Positions 27,701-38,359 of a stretch of 52,609 bases of DNA are shown here, piece by piece. The notes beneath the pieces are model-generated. The model saw only the letters and a list, made by a program, of their open reading frames with translations, did no database searches and was not told the DNA's origin. The DNA comes from Girardia tigrina (Eukaryota), in NCBI GenBank assembly GCA_001938485.1, contig MQRK01248256.1, positions 9,723 through 62,331 of the forward strand. Direction: 5' to 3'. The stretch's first letter is position 1, and each line of letters starts with the position of its first letter. The position numbers and the translations under genes are program-made.

Positions 27701-29871
27701 AATAATGTTTTTATTAAATTAAGTAAATTATCGTATAATACACAAACTAAAGGTGACAAAGAACAGAATATATATATTTATATTTATAAATTTTTAGCTG
27801 CAGTAAGTATGATTTATTATGCCGCATTTGTATAATTGCCAAATTCGTGAATTAGGCAATTTTTGCCGAAAAATTTTTTTTAATTCATTTATGAAAAAAA
27901 TATGTATTTAATATGAAAAAAATCAATTTAATATGAAAGAAATATGCATTTAATATGAAAAATAATCTAGTTAATATGAAAATAAGGTTTTAACAATACA
28001 CATTTGCAATTCAGCTTACCACCCAGGAAGAATTTTAAATAACTATGAATAAATTTTACATTTGGAGTCTATTTGGCATAATAAATTAAGATTTTTTTCA
28101 AATTTAATTTATATTTTTTAATATTAAATTGATTTTTTCATATTATATTGATATTTTTCAAAATAAATTGATAATTTTTTATATTAAATACATATTTTTT
28201 CATATTTGAATATCATAAATACATAATTTTTCATAAATGAATTTAAAAATTTTTTTATTCGGCAAAAATTGCCTAATTCCCGAATTTTGCAATTATACAA
28301 ATTCGGCATAACTGATCATACTTACTACAGATAAAAATTTATAAATAAATTTACCAAGGACCAAAACGGCGGTACAAAAACGGTGGTACGAAAACGGTAT
28401 GTACCCGCTTTAATATATTAATAATATTTAATATAAATAAAATGTAAATTTCCCCAATTTAATGATTCAGAAACATTCAATGAACAACAAGATATCAATA
28501 AATTTGTTACGGACCAAAAAAGATTTTTTGAAATATCAGGACATCTAAAATGTCTTTTGGGGAAGGATTGTTGGTCATTGATGATTTGAAGATTTCGAAA
28601 AATGAATTTCTGAAATAAATTTCTGATGAACAGATAACCATCAGCAGTTATTCAGGACTTCAGGAATCGTTATGTCTACAAGAAGGGAAATCACTCTGTA
28701 GCACGCTATTTCCAGAAAACAAATAAAATGAATTAGAAACTGCAGTTTTATGAAAGGAACAAAGGAGAATTAACTTCCTATTTTATGGTTGATTATGTGA
28801 AAAGATTCGGATTCAAAGATGATTTAGTATAAACCATATTCTCAACCCTGGGATACAATTGCCTATTTTTAAAAGAATATTTGGTGCTGTCAGAATAAAA
28901 TGTCTGACATCTTAGTGTATATCCTGTTTGACATATTTTTCAATTTTAAGACCCTTCAAAAATCTATCATCCCCTTTTCATCGACATTCCAATTAATAAT
29001 TTCATAACTGAGCATTCTTATTTTGCCCATTTCAAGTACTTGACCTTTACATTTTACATGTTTTTACATTTGAAAAATCCATGCAGAATTAACAAACATA
29101 AATTCATATGGACAGAAACTTGTTTCGAAGTCATTTTGAAAGAAAAGCTTCATGAAATTCACTTATTTTGGTTTACGTAGATTTTAAGAAGGATTTTATT
29201 TATGATACAGGTGCTGGTTTTGACATAATTGGAGCTGTTCTGTCTTAAGATAAACATAAAAAGAAAGATTAATTACAAACATTCTGTAGGAAACTGTTTT
29301 CTTCTTCACATAAAGATTAAACTTAAACTTCACTAACGAAAAGTATATATGTCCATTAAATATACATATCTATGAAATAAGGTAGGTACTATACTAGCCC
29401 CCGATTGAAAAGTGGAACGTTGTTGTGTTATTTGTTTACTGTCTGTTTTTTTCTTGATTAGTTCTACTCTTCTCAGGTTGACCAAGTTTTCTTCTCGATA
29501 TTGCTATTTCATTGAGAATTATATGGCGTTGTTCTCGTTTTTTTATGTTGTATTTTTTAGAGGGTTCTCATACAAACTTGGATTTGAATTGGTTCCCCAG
29601 ATTAAAAACGATTTTTCGGGGTAGACCCTATATGTGAATTCATTTTTGCTCTAGATTCTTGTAGAATTAGTTGGCAAATATTTCTGTAGTGTCCATTATT
29701 ACAAAAAATTAATAAACAAAAATTAAAATTAATTTATTTAACAAAAATTCAAATTAAGTTATTAGACAAAAACAAATTATGAATATTTAAAAATATTCAA
29801 TATATATATATATATATATATNNNNNNNNNNNNNNNNNNNNNNNNNNNNNNNNNNNNNNNNNNNNNNNNNN

Positions 29872-29907
<36 letters not shown>

Positions 29908-32900
29908 GATATATTTACAAAAATTAATATATTAAAATAGTATGAGGATTTTTTGTTTAAACGAAGAAAAAAGGAACCAGATTTGAAAAGCGTTAAAAAA
30001 TGGTGTTATGAACTATTTTCTCATATATATTTTTGTGGACACACCATTTCGCTGAAATAAATATTATTCGTTCATTTTGTTTCTTCATTATTTTTCAAAC
30101 ATCAATCAATGACGGACAATGACGGGAATACCGAGTGGGTATCTCCCACGCGAAGCCACTCGATCGGATGGGTCTTTTCATCGGAATCTAGAGGCCGTGG
30201 CCACCTCTTAAAATATCGAACAGATGTCGGTGTGCCACCGATGGAAGTAAATCAACCGTGAATTAATACTTTATTGCGGCTCGTAATTTTAGTCCCGTCG
30301 CGGTATCTCAGTGGGTAACACAATTCAGTGTACATGAAAAACCGTTATATTAATTTCTTTTAACGAGAAAGCTTCAGTTCAATTTGAATAACTTCCTATA
30401 ATTGTTAAATGGAATTTATGATTCTTGTTTGGTAGCCCTAAAAATGTGTATTGTTTTAAAGTTTTTGCACTCCTCTAAAAAAATTATCTCACCTTTGATT
30501 TGTTTTGTAATTTTATTAATGTTGCAAATTTTCCAAAGGAATCTCTTGTTCAAGCTTTTGAGACTTAAATGAACAAGACTCCGGACAGTGTTCCCGCCAG
30601 AACTTTTCTTTAGGGGGGAAAACAGAAAAAACATGGGGGGGCGAAACATGATCCGGAGTCTCCGGTTAGATTCGAAGACTACGGTTTGCAAGTTTAGAAT
30701 ATTTCGTCGTATTTTACTGATAACACAAATGTGAATTTCGGCGTTTGATAGAGTGACTCAGTCTGTCTCTTCGTCAAGTTCAGAAACTTTACTGAATGGT
30801 ATCGTAAAATCGAGGCAATGGCGATACTGCTCAAATGGCGGGCTTCGATTTGATTTCCGGGTTACCGAATTAAAAATAACGGATATTCAAAGCAGAAAAG
30901 GAAGCGCTGCTGAGCACCTATGTTTTGAAGCTGAAGGAGGTTAATAGAGTTCCGATCAAGATTTCTTTGACCGGAAAAGTCCATCGAGAAGTTTCCATCG
31001 AATCGGCGGCACCTCTCGTCAACAGTAAGTCATGAACAAAAGACCCCGAATATTGTCCTGCGACAAGCATTCATTACCAGCCTGAAGGACAACGTTTCTC
31101 GATATTTATCTCCAAAAGCGGTAGGAAAGAATAACTAGTTGGAAGAATTGCTTCTAATGGTATGAGCTTTATTCTGGATAAGCAGACGAGGCACAGCTTA
31201 TGCGGATATCATTACGATACTAATGATCAATTTCATCAGAGAGCCAGGAAATATAAAGGCAGCTGACATAAATACAAAAAAAGAAAATTCCAAGCGTACG
31301 ACTTGAATTAATAGAGCCCCAATGCCAATCACATGCGGCGTTTCTTCTGTTATTCGACAGATAATCTCTGCAAAGAATGTCCACGCTGTTAACAACAGAC
31401 GAAAATAGCAAATCTTCACCAATGCGGGAGTGAGATCTCTGTGAGTTATGTAGTATGACAGTATGGCGTCAGATTCATAAGAGAGCAAGTGTGATATATG
31501 TTCAGCCATGAGCAGCGTCTGGTACGATTTAGGGTACTAGAAGTAGTTTGACTGGACAAATAAAGAACCTTTAGAGGATGGAGGGTGTCGGGTCTTCTAG
31601 ATCAGTTTGGAATTGAGACGTAATTTCGGAGTGAAAACTGACAAAGTGAAAATGACATTGTTGAGCGCAATTACCGAACAATCAAAAGGATGAACGCTTT
31701 GTGCAGTAGGGAGGTTCAAAAATTTGAGACGTAGTATAACGTAACCCAAGTGCAAATTGACTCATTCGACATTAATGGTGTTTGCAAAAAAATGATATTA
31801 CTGTTGCCGAAAATATTCAATTACGCTAGGCCAGAACTGTAAACAATGCCACCAAGTTTGGATTTGGTAGCCGGAGACGATGTGTTCGTGAATCCTGTAC
31901 CACCGTACAACTTTATTTTACGATAAAAAGGCAGGATAGTCCAAGAGGTGCGAATGGAACAGAAGTCTGAAGTAAGCGATTTGTCTTATTATGTCAGCCA
32001 CACGTGTCATGCACCTTTGGTGAAAATTCAAATTCATACGAACTCTGAATAAAGCGAGAATTCTGAGCTATATCATCCTATTACTTCGGCCTTTGAATCG
32101 AGGAAACAGAGCTTGAGGAAATTTCTATTCCGTCTGATTCGAATGTTCATGCGCTACAGCACAAGAAGCCGACACGGTTCCTCCAAGTTCAGCGGGAGCA
32201 TGTTTATGTGTTTTAAGGCAGGGGACATGGGGTGTGAGATAAAGAAATAATTTAATCCGATTGAGTCTTAGTTATTTTAGATTATTTTTCAAGACAACTG
32301 TAATTGTGCTCTTTTCTCTCGTTCAATTTTTACGTACTGTACTTCCTTGTACTTGATTGTCCATTTATTTAGAAATTCATTTTAGTGTACAATTTTATTT
32401 TCTAACAGTTTATTTGTTTATCAATTATCAATTACATTTTTGTCTTCATATTCCAAACAACAGTGTGACTCAATCAGTAATCTGACAATATCCACGTGGC
32501 CATTTTGAGCGGCATGATGAATTGGTCTCGATTTCTTAATACATTTAAATAACTTTTTTATATATAATAAATTACATTTTCGTCTTCACACTCAATATTA
32601 CAATTTGACTCAATCAACAATCTCACAATATCGATATGACCGTTGGAGACAGCACAATGAATCGGTCTCCATTTCTATTCCTTTTTAAAATAATGCCATT
32701 TGTGAATAAAAATTTACATAGTTGTCCTCGCAATCAATGTTGCTGTTAGACTCCATCAGCAATTTGACAATTTCTATATGGCCTTTTGTAGCAGCATAGT
32801 GAATTGGTCTTCGATTCTAAATATTTCAAAATTATTTGTGTATAAACAACTGGAAGATCTTGTGATCGTATGACTACTATGCCCATCAAATAAATAAACC

Positions 32901-33069
32901 GACATAGACTAAGGTTAAGTTGACGTATTTGTCTTTGGTCCCTTCAGACAAGTACGTCTTCACGGTTTCTGCGTCGCCACTCGTCAGAGCATTCACAAAC
33001 AATTCGTCATTATTCTCACTTTAATTATTAACTTAAAAATTAATTTTATTTAATTAAAACTTACTCCAT
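18185..33069 (-). CDS. Long ankyrin-repeat protein: myotrophin-like N-cap, 20 single-repeat 99-nt exons, terminal exon (about 746 aa)
   Basis: Exons 33065-33069 (ATGGA) and 32904-33018 (donor somewhat uncertain). 99-nt exons: 32718-32816, 32576-32674, 32436-32534, 27560-27658, 27418-27516, 27275-27373, 27133-27231, 26989-27087, 23428-23526, 23286-23384, 23136-23234, 22992-23090, 22848-22946, 20445-20543, 20302-20400, 20158-20256, 20014-20112, 18659-18757, 18516-18614, 18371-18469. Terminal exon 18185-18325. All repeat exons are AG/GT-bounded, phase 0 and stop-free. Consensus KxRPIHxAxxNGHxDIVRLLIESNCNIECEDxx. Confidence 0.9.
19730..19930 (+). mobile_element. MULE transposase remnant in ankyrin-gene intron
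   Basis: VLLFTIYDQKNSATIF..NFNLLSVSIDFEK resembles the MULE K..Y..F..DFE motif. Confidence 0.45.
20014..20543 (-). repeat. Ankyrin exon cluster 4 (4 exons)
   Basis: 99-nt exons; introns 44, 45, 45 nt. Confidence 0.92.
22848..23526 (-). repeat. Ankyrin exon cluster 3 (5 exons)
   Basis: 99-nt exons; introns 43, 51, 45, 45 nt. Confidence 0.92.
23786..24077. mobile_element. Foldback MITE with about 60-bp inverted repeats
   Basis: TTTTAAAAGTCAAAAATATTTCGTCAGAATATATTGTGATTAATTTCGACGGAT near 23790 is reverse-complemented at about 24017-24070. Confidence 0.75.
24100..26760 (-). mobile_element. Decayed DNA transposase, probably CMC/Chapaev3-type, interrupted by a Tc1/mariner insertion
   Basis: With the insert removed it reads NVKHNSLVHVQKVL..LPSLYIKLGLIKKFV..NGECFK, matching the LPPLHIKLGLMKQFV motif. 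Family assignment is from memory. Confidence 0.55.
24569..25796 (-). mobile_element. Tc1/mariner-superfamily element (CAGGGTG-type ends), interior unsequenced
   Basis: 26-bp TIRs CACGGTGCGGCAGCTATTTGAGAACA / TGTTCTCAAATAGCTGCCGCACCCTG (1 mismatch); TA on both sides; about 1.2 kb. Strand tentative. Confidence 0.85.
26989..27658 (-). repeat. Ankyrin exon cluster 2 (5 exons)
   Basis: 99-nt exons; introns 43, 44, 43, 45 nt. Confidence 0.92.
27777..28351. mobile_element. Long foldback element (palindromic MITE)
   Basis: More than 120-bp imperfect inverted arms (CAGTAAGTATGAT..GAATTAGGCAATTTTTGCCGAA vs TTCGGCAAAAATTGCCTAATTC..ATCATACTTACTAC) with internal TTAATATGAAA subrepeats. Confidence 0.8.
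28440..32400 (+). mobile_element. Decayed LTR-retrotransposon fragments in ankyrin-gene intron
   Basis: Protease-like FIYDTGA near 29200; GC-richer broken pol-like sequence 30400-32200; purine-rich tract GGGGACATGGGG followed by TGTGAG at 32233 (PPT/LTR-like junction). May be more than one element. Confidence 0.5.
32436..32816 (-). repeat. Ankyrin exon cluster 1 (3 exons)
   Basis: 99-nt exons; introns 43, 41 nt. Confidence 0.92.
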
Positions 33070-34616
33070 CTTAATTCTCTGTTCGGTTACACATTCTAAC
33101 AAAAAATCAATCTGAATGCAGTATTAAATGAGTTGTATACAAATAAATGGCACTTATAAATATTACTAATTAAATAATTTAAAAATAATAATTTTATATT
33201 AAAAATCGAAATCTTAAATTGAGAATGAACTTCGGACAGAACTGTGACAACGGTTTTATATATTTAGTAATAATTAATATTTTGTTTAAATGAAACATTC
33301 TCATTCAAAAATAAAATATAATAAATAAAAAATATTTTCAAAAATATAAATTTTTTTATTAAGTTTCATAGTTTAAAATGTTTTAATTAACAAATTAAGG
33401 GACAAAAATTGTCAACTTATTTGTATTAATAATGAATTCGATTATTATTATTATTATTTGTCCCGACCCTCTCGAGTTAGAACATTTTCGAAAGCTCCAG
33501 AGCCCCTAGTGGTTATTGTGTTACCACAACCCAGTGTCATTTTACGAAGGTATTTATTTAATCTCTTTAATATGTTTATGGGTCGGACGCCTCTCCTTAC
33601 CTGACAAACGTCTAGCAGTGCCAAGCTCAGAGGGCCTTCGTGTTCAATTCAATACATCACGGGCTATGGGTTCCCCGTCTAGCTCAGCGCCGCTCGGGGT
33701 TGATTTCTTGTTATGTAGTTATGAATGCGTCGCTCATGTCTATCTAATTTACCAATGTTATGTTTATGATTATGACTTGTGGCACTGTTATGTATTATCA
33801 AACTTGCGGCACTGTTGGGTTTCTAAAATCATCAATATATGTCAACGATAAAACCGGGGTTGTTCCCTTTATCCTCGTGTGTATCGCTCATGTTTCACTA
33901 TTAAATTCTTTGAGAGTCTTACTTCTGTGCGCTGGGGTACACCATCATGTAGCCATCATTATGATATTATGCATCCTCAGGTACTCATTGTATATCATTA
34001 TATGTGAATATGTCATTCGATAATTATCATTACGTTATTCGTTGATTAACAACAACAGGTTCATATAACTCATTATTGTAGATTCAAATATTCATAGACT
34101 AGACATGTTAGTTCATATTATAACTTTATTTATTATTAAAACTCATATCTAATTTAATATCAAAATTCATATATACACATCATTGCTTTGATTCATTGTT
34201 TCATCAATCTTATTTTTCGCTCCATGTTACAAATAATAGACGATTGCAATTCATCAATCACAATTTGCGAAGTCATTTCGTATCAGTATCCATTTATCCT
34301 GATAGCTTATCTAAATCTCTACCTCACTCAGGTGATTTACTACTCTACCGTTTACTTTATTTATTTATATATTTACAGTTACCTATTCTTGTTTAACTAT
34401 GCCAACAAGGCATTTATATATGTCAGATGACTTATGTATTATCTCTTATGTCATCCATTTTTTATGCTAATTTTATGCAAAGTAAGATTATTTTATATAA
34501 TATTTTTTTATATAATAATTTTTTATATATCAATTATATAAATTTTTTAAAGTCTTTAAAATTTAAATAATAAGACCTTTTTAAAATAAATAACTTTTAT
34601 TAAATAAAATAACATT

Positions 34617-35649
34617 TAATCTAAGACATCCTCTTTTAAAAGGGACTCCGGAAAAAATGTCTTGATGTGCTTAAAATACTTCGTTAATTCGAGTATTCCT
34701 CTTTCGCAACCTCAGTTGTAATGAGGTTGACCAAGCACTCTACTTTCTGATGCTGCGAAATATCAGAAAATGCCGTTCTTGTGATACTCTTTCGGACGCT
34801 TTGTTTGACCTTGCTGAAAACCGCTTCGATCGGATTCAGGAAAGGGGAGTACGGAGGAAGTTGCATAATTTCCAAGTGATTTGGGGTTGTTATTCCCAGA
34901 TGTATAGAAGCATTATCGTGGATAATGTAATGCTTACTTTCGGGCAATTTTGCGATGAGTTCACTAATGAAGTTTTGATAAACCTCCCGATTAACGAAAC
35001 CACTTACCATTTTGTAATGGACGGGTCCTTTCTTCGATATTGCCATTATTAAACTCTGGTTCCTCCTTCTATTAGATGGAACTGTCGCGTAGATCCTGGT
35101 TTCCTTTCTTGACCGCCCAGTAGTTTTCCGAGTCCAGAGGTTGAAGCCCATCTCATCCACATAAATATATTCTTTTGAAGAAATTGCTTTCTTCAAAAAT
35201 TGGTGGACATATTGTGACCGTAGTTCCTTCACCCGATCACTATTGCGCTGCTCCACAATATTTCTCACCTTCTTCACCATATAAAATCTTCCATCCAAGA
35301 ATCTGGCGATTGTTGAGGTGGAACAGGAAAATCCAATACTGTCGATTAAATATTGCTGCATTTCTTTTAATGTAGCTTCTGGATGCTCTTCTATATAATC
35401 CATGATTTTTATTGCTGCATCCTCCTTGATGATATATTTCTTTTGGCCACCGATATGCCCAGTTGATATTTGTCCTGTTTTTCGGAACCTGTAAATGATT
35501 CCGCGTACGGTGCGCCGATTTAACCCCAATTGATTACCAAAGAGGTAATAATCTTCCTCCATTTCGAAGGCGTTGATTATCCTTCTTTTATCCACTTCAG
35601 ATACCCTAATAATTAATTCAAACTTGATTATAATTGAAAAAAAATACAT
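34617..35649 (-). mobile_element. IS630-Tc1-mariner superfamily DDE transposase, near-intact, frameshifted near the C-terminus
   Basis: HTH regions plus YVDEMGF, HDNASIH, LPPYSPFLNPIE. After the stop at 34684 a shifted frame continues LTKYFKHIKTFFPESLLKEDVLD*. TIRs not identified. Confidence 0.9.
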
Positions 35650-35726
35650 TTTTCGGTCTCTCTTCTTGCTCGGTTCGGTATTCTCCGATGCGGTCGATGT
35701 GCTGTAAATAATATATTAATAATTAT

Positions 35727-36848
35727 TGGAGTGAATTAAAAAAAATCAAATCAAAATAATTTTTTTTAAATAACAAAAAAAACGATTAAAAAATAAAATT
35801 GTGAACGTATTGATCGAAATGTAAAAATAAAAATTCGAGCGAATAAAAAATTAGCAAATTAATATAAAAAAATACACTTGTTTAAATAAGCTCAATCTTT
35901 ACAAAACTCGAACTACATAATCAAAAAAAACAGTTAAACTCTAATCATGCCCGACTGTGAAACCGAGACATTCGCCTTTCTGGCCGAAATCGCCCAGTTG
36001 ATGAGTCTAATCATCAACACGTTCTACTCTAACAAAGAGATTTTCCTTCGGGAATTGATCTCCAATTCCAGCAATGCGCTTGACGAAATCCGTTACGAAA
36101 GCTTGACGGATCCATCCGTGCCCGTCACCGCCAAAGAACCAATGATCAAAATCATCCCGGAAAAAGATGCTGACACTCTCACTCTCATCGACACAGGAAT
36201 CGGCATGACGAAAGCCGAGCTCATCTAAAATCTTGGAACGATCGCTAGATCTGGAACCATAGCCTTTATGGAGGCGCCGCAAGCCGGTGCCGACATCTCG
36301 ATGATCGGTCAATTCGGTGTCGGTTTCTATCCACCGTATCTGGTCGCCGACAAAGTTCAAGTGATTTCCAAGGGCAACGACGGCGAGCGGCATCTGTGGG
36401 AATCGTCCGCGGGCGGTTCGTCCACCGTCAAATCCGACAACAGCGAGCCGATCGGCCGAAAAACGAAAGTCATTTTATGCATGAAAGAAGACCAAATCGA
36501 ATATCTAGAAGAACGGAAAACCAAATACGATGGGCCGTTTGGGCGTGATGGCCGCCCCTCTGTTTGAAAATCCGCCATCCCAACTCGGTTGGTTGAACGA
36601 TTCGCCTCTTCGCTTTTTTCCTTTTACATTCAGGAACGTGTTACCGAGCGAGAGGATAGTTGCCCGTTCTCCGACGGCCACAGAGAGCTGGACTATCTTC
36701 TCGCATCAATGTGGGAACAGACGGAAGTTCCGCGCTCGAGGCGTGCTTCCGCCAACGTCGACTNNNNNNNNNNNNNNNNNNNNNNNNNNNNNNNNNNNNN
36801 NNNNNNNNNNNNNCGGTGTCTGGAGCAACCGCCTCGTTGAACTTTTCA
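35727..36848 (+). mobile_element. Copy 2 of the element at 3043-4111, carrying an Hsp90 fragment
   Basis: 35727-35890 aligns by eye to reverse-complemented 4111-3945; 36531-36848 aligns to reverse-complemented 3362-3043. Confidence 0.8.
35947..36520 (+). pseudogene. HSP90: Truncated, intronless cytosolic Hsp90 pseudogene (N-terminal ATPase domain)
   Basis: [56 protein letters not shown]. In-frame TAA at 36226-36228, substitutions at conserved sites, homology ends at EYLEERK. Confidence 0.93.
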
Positions 36849-38359
36849 ATTATAATCTAAAAACCTTTTATTTATTTTTTTGCGACAACTTTCGGTTTCC
36901 GAACTTGCGCTACTTATGTCTGAGTAGATTGGGTTCATAATTTTGCAAATTAATTTTAAAATTTAAATTTTTAAATTTTTAAAATGTATATATGATAATG
37001 ATTATGAATATATAATAATGGTTATAAATAAAGTGTGTTTGTTGGTATGTATGGTTCTTGTGTGTGTCTAGTGTGTTTGTATTGAGTTTGCATGCCACTT
37101 TTTTTGTAACCTATTTATTTACATATATTTTAGACATAGTCACTTGGTCCGAGCCATATGCAAATGACTGTCAAATCAATTTTGATTGGTGAAGTTATTT
37201 TTATGCAATTATTAAATATGAAGTTCTTTACAGGAATATAACCAAATGCTTTCGTGACATTTGCAAACGAGAACAGGTGTATTTATCAACATCGTCCCTA
37301 GCTAGTACGTGTGCGGCTCAGATTGACTTACGCCGATTCCTCTGCTGTCTCTCGCAGACCGTTAATTTTCTCTCTGATTGGAATTGTATATCTCGAGTCG
37401 CATTTCCTTTCTCGACTGCGTTATAATCGAAATTAATTCACGGGATTGTTTACTCATTATCATCGACATGCAAAGAACGGTAACAACGACGACGAACCTG
37501 TGGTGCTCTACTGGCTAAAATTCAGTATTAGAAAAATACTTAGGTTAGTTTTAACGATATAAGCAAGAGATAAATTTGGCTAAACACATATTCAGATTAT
37601 TCAACCAGTTATGATACAATAAATAAAAGAAAATTTAATTACAATACAATGGGGATCTGAAGAATTGTTCTCGGTTACTACTTGATTATCGGTTAAATTA
37701 TTCGCCAATCGACGAGTCGGTAGATTGAAACGTCTAGTCGTGGAATCTCTTCGCTGTCTTTGATAGTTATAGCATCGTCTGGTTCTGTCAACTCTTCTAT
37801 TCTTGTCTCAGATTCTTTTAGCGCTTTCTCGAATTTTATTGTGCGCGGCTGCTTTAGGTTTTAGTGTGATCAAACGTTTTCTGCTGATGCAATTGTTTTG
37901 TGCAATTTGTTGTTGGCTGGAGAGTGGTTCAACTGTGGAATGGCGATCATTTTATATTACTAATGGGACATTCTGTCGTTCCCTTTCACACAATCATTAC
38001 CGACCAACGATGAATTTCAATGATGATTGGTCAATTATTCTTATTCTTGGTTTGTACGTGTCTGCGTGTCTACGATTTTTGAAAGTAATTTTTGATTTAC
38101 TATAGAAATTCTCTGACTAAATTCTAACTTGACTCCGTCGAACAGAATTCTGAATCTATTAATCAAAAATGTATTAACCATAACTAAGCATCAATAGCCT
38201 ATCATTTATGTAATCATCTTAAGATCAATTTTCAGTCATCACAGAGACAATAACATTCTTGAAGACTGTTTGAACCGTGAGTCCGCTCACTCAACCTCAT
38301 TTAAACGAAGATCATATTATAACATACCATATACTTATAAACCAATCAAACTTACAATG

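Noticed and set aside
18371-32816. About 143-nt periodic repeats as a CRISPR-like or satellite array
   Set aside because: Units are GT-AG-bounded coding exons with open frames, not identical repeats with spacers; the context is eukaryotic.
36007-36393. 128-aa antisense ORF over Hsp90 (and 34750-35052 over the transposase)
   Set aside because: Shadow frames of GC-rich coding sequence.
35947-36520. GC-rich Hsp90 fragment as horizontal transfer
   Set aside because: The host DNAI2 exon is similarly GC-rich, so composition alone is not evidence.
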